64,000 nt of DNA from Candidatus Onthousia faecavium (lineage in GTDB: Bacteria > Bacillota_I > Bacilli_A > RF39 > UBA660). A program made the translations under genes and the position numbers. Shown here piece by piece: positions 45,277-53,388 of this stretch. Each line of letters starts with the position of its first letter. Position 1 is the stretch's first letter. Where the stretch lies: contig DVIS01000019.1 in NCBI GenBank assembly GCA_018711135.1, forward strand, positions 2,533 through 66,532. Direction: 5' to 3'. Under the pieces are notes generated by a model. That model made no database searches. It was not told the origin of the DNA and saw only the letters and a program-made list of their open reading frames with translations.

Positions 45277-48200
45277 TTATTTAACTTTTTCTACTTTTAG
45301 AGCCATGGCTATATCATTTAACATGATATCTTTAGGAAGGTTTTCATCTTTAATTAACTCTATAGATAATGTTTCTTCTTTAACATATTCTTCATAAGTT
45401 GCAATCATTTTATCAAGTAAATCATTGCCATTATAATATAAAGTAATGCGATCCGTGATAATAAAATCAGCTTCTTTTCTAAGACTTTGAACTTTTCTTA
45501 CAACCTCACGTGCTAAACCTTCTAGTAGTAAATCATCAGTTAAAGTAGTCTCTAAGACAACACTAATATTTCCGTTAGTAGCTGACTTGTAACCTTCTTT
45601 ATTTTTTAAAGTTGTAGTAATCATATCTGAGGTAATTTCTAATTTTTCACCATTAAAGTCAGTAGTATAATAGCCAGCTTTAATCTGATTAACATCATTG
45701 ATATTAAAAGTTGCAACGAGTTCTTGAAATTCTTTGATTTTAGGTCCAAAGATTTTACCAACTACTTTGAAATTAGGTTTAACTATATAATCCATATAAA
45801 GACTCATATCTTCTTCATACATTATTTCTTTGATATTTAATTCTTCTTTAATAATAGAGTCTAGAGTACCAATAACTGATTTAAATATTGAAGGAACAAT
45901 AATAAAGTTAAGCGGTTGTCTTACTTTAATACCAGCATCTTCACGAGCATTTCTTCCTAAACTACAAACATCGCGAACAAGATTCATTCTGTTTTCTAGT
46001 TCTTCATCAATTAAGCTTTCATCATAGGTTGGAAAGTCTTCAAGATGAATAGAGGTTTTAGTAGTTAAATTTTGATATATTTCCTCGGTTATATACGGTG
46101 TAATAGGAGCAGCTAGTTTGACAAAAGTAAGTAATACTTCATAGGTGGTTTGGTAAACTGCCTTCTTACTTTCAGTTAATTCACTTTCCCAGAATCTTCT
46201 TCTATTGCTTCTAATATACCAATTAGATAAGTCATCATTTAAGAAATCAACAAGATAATGAACAACTTTATTTAGGTCATATTCTTCATAAGCTTTTGTT
46301 ACTTTTAATATTGTATTATTAAGTCTAGATAATAGCCATTTATCAGTTATATCACGATTATTTATAGGAACATTATAGTCTCTTGGATCAATTTTATCAG
46401 CGTTGGCATACATTTCAAAGAAAGAGTAAGCATTTTTTAGGGTTCCTAAGTATTTAGAGTAAACTTCTTTTAAGCCATCAAGATCAAATTTTATTGGTGT
46501 CCAAACAGGAGATACATATGGTAAATAGAATCTGATGGTATCAGCTCCAAATTCATTCATTAAGTCAAATGGTTGGACGATATTGCCTTTGGATTTGCTC
46601 ATTTTCTTACCATATTTATCAAGTAATAAGTCATTAACTAAAACATTTTTATAGGGACTTTTTCCAGTTACAAAGGTAGAAATTATCATAAGAGTATAGA
46701 ACCAACCACGAGTTTGGTCAATTCCTTCAGAGATAAAGTCAGCTGGAAATTGATCTTCAAATAGTTCTTTATTTTCAAATGGATAATGGTATTGAGCAAA
46801 AGGCATAGAACCTGAATCAAACCAACAGTCAATAACCTCACTAACTCTAGTCATTTTCTTACCACATAAAGGGCACTTAATATGAATGTCATCAACATAG
46901 GGACGATGTAGTTCAATAGACTCATCAATATCTTCAATCGTTTTTTCTACTAGTTCCTTTCTTGAACCAATCATTTCTTGATGACCACAACTACATTTCC
47001 ATAGTGGTAAAGGTGTACCCCAATATCTATTTCGAGAGATAGCCCAGTCATTCATATTTAAAAGCCAATTACCAAATCTTTTTTCGCCAACAAAACTAGG
47101 ATGCCAAGCGACTTCGTTATTGTTTTTAACAATTTTATCTTTTAGTTTGGTAACCTCTAAATAGTATGATGGTTTAGCATAGTATAAAAGTGGGGTATCA
47201 CATCGCCAACAATGAGGATAGTTGTGAATCATTTTTTCTTTTTTGAAAAGTTTACCATTTTCTTTTAAGTATTTAATAACCTCTAAGTCTGCATCAAAAA
47301 CACGCATACCTTTCCAAAGACCATCAATATATTTGCCATCTTCACCGACAGGATTTAAGACTGGTAAATCATATTTTTTACCAACGTTATAATCATCTTG
47401 TCCAAATGCAGGAGCAATATGAACAATACCTGTACCACTATCCATTGTAACATAGTCATCAACAGTAACAAAGAAGGCTTTTTTGTCTACTTTTAAACTT
47501 GGAATAAGTTGTTCATATTCCATATATTCTAAGTTCTTACCACTATATTCTTCTAGAACTTTATAATCGTCTCCTAAAACTTTATTTGCTAAAGCTTTAC
47601 CAACGATAAATTTATTGCCTTTAGATTCAGCTAAAATATATTCTTCACGTGGATTAACACATAAAGCAACATTACTAATTAGAGTCCAAGGAGTTGTTGT
47701 CCAAACAAGAAAGTAAACATCTTCATCTTTCTTTTTCATAGGAACAATAACCGTATTAGCAGTAATTTCTTTATAACCTTGAGCAACCTCATGAGAAGCT
47801 AGACCAGTACCACATCTTGTACAGTATGGTAAAATCTTATGTCCTTCATAAAACATACCTTCATCAAAGAATTTCTTTAAGATCCACCATTCTGTTTCAA
47901 TATAGTTATTATCATATGTAACATAAGGATGTTCTAAGTCAATAAATTGCCCCATTTCTCTAGTTAAATCAGTAAAGGCTTTTTCATTTTTCCAAACACT
48001 TTCTTTACATTTTTGGTTAAATTCTTTAATACCATATTCTTCAATATCTTTTTTGTTATTAAAGCCAAGTTCTTTTTCTACTTGTAACTCAACAGGAAGA
48101 CCATGTGTATCCCACCCTACCTTACGTAAGACACGATATCCTTGCATGGTTTTATATTTACAGAAAGTATCTTTTAAGAATTTAGCCATCATATGATGAA

Positions 48201-48366
48201 GACCAGGCATACCATTAGCAGTAGCAGGTCCATCATAGAAGACAAAGTTTTTGCAGTCTTTACGGTTAGAGATGGTTTTTTCTAAGATATTTATTTTATC
48301 CCATTCTTTAAGCGTTTCTAGTTCTAGTTCATGTGTTTTACCTTTTCTTAGTTCTTTAAATGCCAT
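45277..48366 (-). CDS. ileS: Isoleucine--tRNA ligase (long, type-2-like form)
   Basis: HIGH-region PGLHHMMAK, KMSKSKGN, and editing and Zn-ribbon segments (CWRCDTP, CPLCGKK). The start is ATG 48366 after AGGAGGG, and a T-box leader lies upstream. Confidence 0.9.
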   Translation of the reverse strand: MAFKELRKGKTHELELETLKEWDKINILEKTISNRKDCKNFVFYDGPATANGMPGLHHMMAKFLKDTFCKYKTMQGYRVLRKVGWDTHGLPVELQVEKELGFNNKKDIEEYGIKEFNQKCKESVWKNEKAFTDLTREMGQFIDLEHPYVTYDNNYIETEWWILKKFFDEGMFYEGHKILPYCTRCGTGLASHEVAQGYKEITANTVIVPMKKKDEDVYFLVWTTTPWTLISNVALCVNPREEYILAESKGNKFIVGKALANKVLGDDYKVLEEYSGKNLEYMEYEQLIPSLKVDKKAFFVTVDDYVTMDSGTGIVHIAPAFGQDDYNVGKKYDLPVLNPVGEDGKYIDGLWKGMRVFDADLEVIKYLKENGKLFKKEKMIHNYPHCWRCDTPLLYYAKPSYYLEVTKLKDKIVKNNNEVAWHPSFVGEKRFGNWLLNMNDWAISRNRYWGTPLPLWKCSCGHQEMIGSRKELVEKTIEDIDESIELHRPYVDDIHIKCPLCGKKMTRVSEVIDCWFDSGSMPFAQYHYPFENKELFEDQFPADFISEGIDQTRGWFYTLMIISTFVTGKSPYKNVLVNDLLLDKYGKKMSKSKGNIVQPFDLMNEFGADTIRFYLPYVSPVWTPIKFDLDGLKEVYSKYLGTLKNAYSFFEMYANADKIDPRDYNVPINNRDITDKWLLSRLNNTILKVTKAYEEYDLNKVVHYLVDFLNDDLSNWYIRSNRRRFWESELTESKKAVYQTTYEVLLTFVKLAAPITPYITEEIYQNLTTKTSIHLEDFPTYDESLIDEELENRMNLVRDVCSLGRNAREDAGIKVRQPLNFIIVPSIFKSVIGTLDSIIKEELNIKEIMYEEDMSLYMDYIVKPNFKVVGKIFGPKIKEFQELVATFNINDVNQIKAGYYTTDFNGEKLEITSDMITTTLKNKEGYKSATNGNISVVLETTLTDDLLLEGLAREVVRKVQSLRKEADFIITDRITLYYNGNDLLDKMIATYEEYVKEETLSIELIKDENLPKDIMLNDIAMALKVEKVK

Positions 48367-48383
48367 AATTTCCCTCCTAAACA

Positions 48384-48595
48384 AAAAAATCTATGTTCTA
48401 AGGACGAATCTTTTTCGTGGTACCACCTTAGTTCATAGATTTAACTATCTTAATTAGATAACGGTTTTACCCGGCTTTATCTTATCCATAAAGCACAACT
48501 TGAAAGTGATCTGAAATAAGTTCCTTTGTTAATTTCCACCAACCATTAACTCTCTTAAAAATTTCCTTATTCCCGTCTTTCGCACTTGTTTTAAT
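48384..48595 (-). promoter_or_regulatory. T-box riboswitch leader (Ile) of ileS
   Basis: Minus strand T-box sequence GGTGGTACCACG (48416-48427). The terminator is TCTATGAACTAAGG...CCTTAGAACATAGA followed by T7. There is a stem-I AGAGAG and a GGTTGGTGGAA distal motif. The candidate AUC specifier is at 48508-48510, followed by A. Confidence 0.8.
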
Positions 48596-48601
48596 AAACA
48601 A

Positions 48602-48631
48602 ACTATAACACAGTTTTTATATTTTATGCAA
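48602..48631 (-). promoter_or_regulatory. Promoter candidate for the ileS T-box leader
   Basis: Minus strand TTGCAT (48626-48631), 18 nt ending in TGt, then TATAGT (48602-48607). Confidence 0.4.
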
Positions 48632-48637
48632 CTACTT

Positions 48638-49135
48638 TTACAAATGTTTTATTAATTTTTTATCTTTTTTATAAATAAAAGTTACCGAAGAATCTAGTGT
48701 CATCATTCTAGTATAATCTATTTCTTCTCTATTTAATTCCAGTTTTAGTTCATCTTTACTTAATAATATTCCACTTTCGCTATTATAACTAGTTATAGTA
48801 ATACATGTAGGATAATACTTTTTAGGAACAATTATAATACCATATGTATTAATTCTAGAATTTTATTTATTTTTATTATAATATGAATAACAATTACTTA
48901 CAGCAGCCTTATTATCTTTAGCATATTTCTTTAATTTTTGATATTCTTTTAATATACAATCTTCTCTTAAACTGTCAGGATATTTCTCTAACAAAAAATT
49001 AAATTATCCTAAAAGCCTATTAAACAACCTTTCTTCATAATCATACCATTTACTATTTATTATCTTAGGAATTCTCTCATCCCATTCTATAATTTGATTT
49101 TCTTTACTTGTAAAATTAGTTATTCTTGCAATCAT
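48638..49135 (-). pseudogene. Pseudogene: ~165-codon ORF interrupted by two in-frame TAA codons and no frameshift
   Basis: My translation in one frame is MIARITNFTSKENQIIEWDERIPKIINSKWYDYEERLFNRLLG*FNFLLEKYPDSLREDCILKEYQKLKKYAKDNKAAVSNCYSYYNKNK*NSRINTYGIIIVPKKYYPTC...KKLIKHL*. The internal stops are at 49004-49006 and 48863-48865. Confidence 0.6.
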
Positions 49136-49228
49136 ATTATTCCTACTTTATTAGGATGCATCATATACTAATGAGAAGAAAAAAGCAAGAAATTTAATTC
49201 TTACTATGCTTATTTTATAAAATATAAA

Positions 49229-49519
49229 TTATTTATTAAATAAATCACTATGACTACCAGTTTCTACTAAATATAAAATTAATATATCTTCATCATATTT
49301 ATAAACTAACAACCAATCCGATTCAATATGACATTCCCTACAATTACTATAATATTTATTATCAATAAGAGCATGATCTCTATACTTAGAATCCAACTCT
49401 TTTTTCTTCGATAACATATCAACTACATTTAAAAGCTTATCAATATTTTTTCCCTGTTTAGTAATTTTTTTTAGTTGTTTTTTAAAACTTTTAGTAAACT
49501 TAATTTGGTAACTAATCAT
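49229..49519 (-). CDS. yafQ: Type II toxin, YafQ/RelE-family mRNA interferase
   Basis: 96 aa with KYRDHAL..NCRECHIESDWLLVYKYD..LILYLVETGSHSDLF, the characteristic YafQ pattern. It overlaps the antitoxin stop by 8 nt. Confidence 0.8.
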   Translation of the reverse strand: MISYQIKFTKSFKKQLKKITKQGKNIDKLLNVVDMLSKKKELDSKYRDHALIDNKYYSNCRECHIESDWLLVYKYDEDILILYLVETGSHSDLFNK

Positions 49520-49799
49520 CTGACTCCAAAGCCTTTTTTAAATCTGCGATACTGTTATAAGCTTTATATTCAGTTGGATGTTTTTCCATATAATCAAGTT
49601 CATTAAGTGCCGCTATAAATTCTCTACTTGGTCTAGGCTCTTTAACCTCGAATGGTATTCCTCTTTCATAAATTGCTCTTTTTAAGAACATATTTATAGC
49701 AACACTCATATTTAAGCCTAAATTATTAAAAATAGCATTAGCTTCCTCTTTAACTTCTGTAGGAACATTTACATTAATAGCACTAGTTAAATTAGACAT
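49512..49799 (-). CDS. dinJ: Type II antitoxin, DinJ/RelB family
   Basis: MSNLTSAINVNVPTEVKEEANAIFNNLGLNMSVAINMFLKRAIYERGIPFEV is a ribbon-helix-helix DinJ pattern. The start is reassigned to ATG 49799 (GGGAG SD). Confidence 0.75.
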   Translation of the reverse strand: MSNLTSAINVNVPTEVKEEANAIFNNLGLNMSVAINMFLKRAIYERGIPFEVKEPRPSREFIAALNELDYMEKHPTEYKAYNSIADLKKALESDD

Positions 49800-49904
49800 A
49801 TAATAATCAGCTCCCTTCTTGTCAACATAATAACATATTTTAGCAACATATGTCAACATAATTACATGAAAATAAGGATTTTTTATCTTAAAACTAACCA
49901 AATA

Positions 49905-50141
49905 TATTCATAATGAACGAAGGAAACAAAATAAATTATGTTTCGCTCCTTGTCGTTACCTCCAAGGATTCCTATTTCACAGATAAGGTCATCCTTATTT
50001 TCCATAGGCTTAAATATTTTAAACTGGCGTCTTTATGTCCACAGCAAGAATAAATCTGACACAGCCAAAAATTTTATGAATTAATGCCTTTTGATTGTCT
50101 GTTGGATACAACCTAAACTTATATGTTTTATATGCTTCCAT
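49905..50141 (-). mobile_element. Internally deleted IS200/IS605-family remnant (tnpB N-terminal 40 codons plus a possible right-end hairpin)
   Basis: The minus-strand ORF at 50019-50141 reads MEAYKTYKFRLYPTDNQKALIHKIFGCVRFILAVDIKTPV. This matches the TnpB/OrfB N-terminal signature (YKYRIYPT.EQ...TFGC.RFVYN) and then breaks off. Downstream lies a CCTTG-GAGGTAACGA-CAAGG hairpin. No tnpA is present. Confidence 0.5.
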
Positions 50142-50247
50142 ATTGATAACTTCCTGATGTAATCAGCTTAACATCCAGAACAATAGGTTGCCAAGAACTT
50201 TTTTCACTTTTAAACACACTTTCCTTATAGATAAAAAATGTATTTTA

Positions 50248-52023
50248 TTATTCTATACAAAGAATAGTTCTAAATGAGTTATCTATACGCACGCCACCTA
50301 AACTATATGTAGCACCATAAGAAAACAGACCAGAATCAACTTGATCATAGTAGTATCCACCTCTTACTAACCAGGGATACTCATTATTTATCATATTATT
50401 AATATCTTTATACCATTCTGAAGTTTCTGATAAGGCATGGCTTAAACATTCTTCTCCATTGCATGCTGTTAATATGTTATCTGTTATATATTTATCATAA
50501 TACTTTGACTCGGGAAAAATGGTAAAATCAGCATTACCTAATATATCATTATAATTACCCATAACATATTCCCAGGCTCCTCCACTCATATCATATATTC
50601 CATATATAGTTCCAGTTGTACTTGCTCCTGTACCATTTATATCTATGTCATATGTGTATTGACATCCATAATCGGTATTGCTATTTGATGGCATTCCATA
50701 ACTACACCCAGTTATATACTCTTCACTTTTATTTTGATATATTTCTTTATTAGCATTACTAAAATTTGCATTACCTAACTTTCCATATTTACTTTGGGAT
50801 AGATATGTTACAGCTCCCCACTCACTGTTTTTCATCATATGGGTGTCGATAGTACTACTAAATCCATATCTATTTCCTTCATCATTCATCTTTAAACTTA
50901 CATTAAAGGCATTACTAACATTTATATATCTCCAACTTGTTACGTTTGGTTTTATCATCGGATCTAACTCTGTTGTATTCCCTCCTCCATATTCTAATGA
51001 AGGATTAGAACTACTTGTCTCAAACTTGCCTACCCAGATTCCACTTAGTTCCTTATCTCCGAATGTAAAGGCATCTGGGGTATAATACTCTTTTGCTCCA
51101 GTTGTCGTTATGCATTTTGCATTTCCCCTATCTTTTATTTTATCACTTACAAATCTTATATCTATTTCTCCTGGTAATTCTTTAGTTGGTTCACTTTCTA
51201 AATAACAGCCTTGCTTTCCATAATAATTAGTTCCATCAACGCTTGCAATACTATAACTATATTTTGGTATCCATACCCACATTGTTTCAATATCATTCAT
51301 ATTTACTATGGTTCCTACAGAAGCATTTTTATAATTTTCTCTTGTTGAACTACTTACTGTTACCGCATTAGCCCATTTTTGCTCATTATAGTTATACCAA
51401 TCATTATTAGTGTTACTTGTATCAGCTTTAACCCAGTTGTTATCTACATATTTTATAGCTATCATATTAGTATCTAACTCTGGTGCATTTGGTTCATTTA
51501 CATATTCTTTAAATAAATGTCCATTACTTGGCAAACTTAAATCATTATAATCTAGTCCTACTTGTACCCCTAATTCTATCACTATTTCATTACTAGAATT
51601 ATTTTCTACCATTATTTTATATTTATTACTACTACCTATACTTTTACTTGCTTCTAAGTTTACTCCAGTTTCTTCTGGTAAATTAGTAGTTTCACAATCT
51701 TTTATATAACCAACATTTACCTCTGTTGGTATTTCATTTAAGTAATAAAAATTAAACCTAGCTATTCGATTATTGGGATTTGTTAATGTAATAATAAATT
51801 CTTCAGCACTATTGGCTTTAACAACGAGGTTTTGACTAGAATTGCCATCTACTTTTAAATCATAACTTAATGTTCCTGTTACTATACTTATGGCATTCCT
51901 CTTTTCTTTTGTTACTGTAAACATCGCATAAGAAAAGTAACTTGTTAATAGCAGTAAAGTAATTAATATTACACTTATTATATATATTTTTGATATCTTA
52001 GTATTCAATAATATTTTCTTCAT
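50248..52023 (-). CDS. P-family paralog, type A (591 aa)
   Basis: Same N-module, with FGE-like motifs (GIWVGKFETSSS, MKNSEWGAVTYLSQSKYGK, YGIYDMSGGAWEYVMGNY, RGGYYY, SFRTIL). Confidence 0.75.
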   Translation of the reverse strand: MKKILLNTKISKIYIISVILITLLLLTSYFSYAMFTVTKEKRNAISIVTGTLSYDLKVDGNSSQNLVVKANSAEEFIITLTNPNNRIARFNFYYLNEIPTEVNVGYIKDCETTNLPEETGVNLEASKSIGSSNKYKIMVENNSSNEIVIELGVQVGLDYNDLSLPSNGHLFKEYVNEPNAPELDTNMIAIKYVDNNWVKADTSNTNNDWYNYNEQKWANAVTVSSSTRENYKNASVGTIVNMNDIETMWVWIPKYSYSIASVDGTNYYGKQGCYLESEPTKELPGEIDIRFVSDKIKDRGNAKCITTTGAKEYYTPDAFTFGDKELSGIWVGKFETSSSNPSLEYGGGNTTELDPMIKPNVTSWRYINVSNAFNVSLKMNDEGNRYGFSSTIDTHMMKNSEWGAVTYLSQSKYGKLGNANFSNANKEIYQNKSEEYITGCSYGMPSNSNTDYGCQYTYDIDINGTGASTTGTIYGIYDMSGGAWEYVMGNYNDILGNADFTIFPESKYYDKYITDNILTACNGEECLSHALSETSEWYKDINNMINNEYPWLVRGGYYYDQVDSGLFSYGATYSLGGVRIDNSFRTILCIE

Positions 52024-52179
52024 ATCTTACTCCTTTCATTTAATCATAGAATAAGAACAGAATACACTTATCCTGTCCTTATTCTATGATTAAAGAAAGT
52101 ACTTAAGCTTCTAAAGTACCCCCCCCCAGGTAACTTGTTGTAAACGGGTGGCTGCTCCCATTTTATACCTTCTTTCTAC
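52024..52179 (-). promoter_or_regulatory. P-family 5' leader, copy 4 (core 52045-52179, G9 at 52119-52127)
   Basis: Same conserved block. The U tract after the hairpin is interrupted (CTTATTCTATG). The 5' end of the block (TAGAAAGAAGG) contains the TAG stop of the upstream gene. Confidence 0.7.
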
Positions 52180-53078
52180 ATTTTATTAGTATTACTATTT
52201 ATATTTTGAGCTACTGATGGAGATGCTGCAAAGATATCTTCTTTTGCTGCTATTCTTGCATTATTTAAAGATGATGATTGTAACTCTTCAATTATTGATT
52301 GTTTACTATTTCCAGCCATATTTAAGTCTTCTTGTTTCATAGCATTTTGACTTTCTAGTATTTTTCTTTTTTCTTGAACAGAGTCAAGATGAGTTTGTTT
52401 CATTTCAGCTATCTTATTATTAATTTTATCTGTCACTTGTTCTTTCGCTGTTCTTTTAAATCTTTTTAAAGTATCCATAGTAATTTTACCTAAGAAGCTT
52501 TTAACAGTAACGACTGGTGGCCTCCCTATTTTTTTCTTATCTTCAATTATTTCTTGTTTTTTAGTCTCAACATATTCTTTAACTTGCTCTTTCTTAGTAC
52601 TTAAAACTTGTCTTATTTCCGCACTTTTTAATTGAGCAGATAAAGCAATGCCTTTAACTCTTAAATCAAGAGTAGTCTTTTCTCTTACTTGTCTTAAAGC
52701 TTCATTTTTTATTTTTCCTAATTTAGACTGGGCACTTGAGACTTTATTTGTAATATTAGTAGAGATATTAACAACTCTTTTATTAACATTTTCTACTACC
52801 GCTTGTTTTGTTTCTTTTATTTCTTTTTTATAATGATTTTTCTTATCAATCATTTCTTGTCTCTTAGTATTTAAAGCTTCAATAGTTCGATCATATCTTG
52901 ATATGATAACCTCTTGTTGAAACGTATTAAAAGACTCTATTACATTGTTAGAAATAGTTGCAATTTTATTTTTTCTATACTCTATTTTCGCTTGTCTATA
53001 ATTGTGGATGCTTACAAATAATAATTGAAGGTTCTTTTCAATCTCTCTTTCCTTTTCTCTTAAATCTTGTTCTGTCAT
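52176..53078 (-). CDS. Hypothetical K/E/Q-rich coiled-coil protein (300 aa)
   Basis: Long ORF with heptad-like composition. No signal peptide or recognisable domain. Confidence 0.5.
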   Translation of the reverse strand: MTEQDLREKEREIEKNLQLLFVSIHNYRQAKIEYRKNKIATISNNVIESFNTFQQEVIISRYDRTIEALNTKRQEMIDKKNHYKKEIKETKQAVVENVNKRVVNISTNITNKVSSAQSKLGKIKNEALRQVREKTTLDLRVKGIALSAQLKSAEIRQVLSTKKEQVKEYVETKKQEIIEDKKKIGRPPVVTVKSFLGKITMDTLKRFKRTAKEQVTDKINNKIAEMKQTHLDSVQEKRKILESQNAMKQEDLNMAGNSKQSIIEELQSSSLNNARIAAKEDIFAASPSVAQNINSNTNKM

Positions 53079-53091
53079 TTAGAACCCCTCC

Positions 53092-53340
53092 TTATTGAAA
53101 CATTGCTTGAACTATTTCGGTAAGTTTTGGTCTTTCTTCATCAGTTAAATCAACTAAAGTATCAGTTCCATCTTCATTTTTAACAAGACGAGAAGCTAGA
53201 ACATCACTAGTTCCATCACCTTTATCTACCGCATAAATAGCATAGTCTTTATCTTCAAAAGTAATTACTTTTAACATTTCAGCTTTACTTACAACTCCGT
53301 CTATTTCAATATCAAATTTTTCATTTTCCATTTTCTCCAC
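53092..53340 (-). CDS. DUF1292 (UPF0473/YrzB-like) small acidic protein
   Basis: 82 aa with the pattern F.DKDYAIYAV....SDVLASRLV..EDG...L..L.D.EE typical of DUF1292. Confidence 0.6.
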   Translation of the reverse strand: MEKMENEKFDIEIDGVVSKAEMLKVITFEDKDYAIYAVDKGDGTSDVLASRLVKNEDGTDTLVDLTDEERPKLTEIVQAMFQ

Positions 53341-53388
53341 TCCTATTCTTTATATCTATGTTAACATAAAAGCCCAAAAAAAGAAATA

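Noticed and set aside
48863-49006. An alternative genetic code or programmed read-through as an explanation for the in-frame TAA codons.
   Set aside because: TAA, TAG and TGA all terminate well-supported housekeeping genes in the window, and long ORFs are intact under the standard code. Ordinary nonsense mutation is the simpler explanation.
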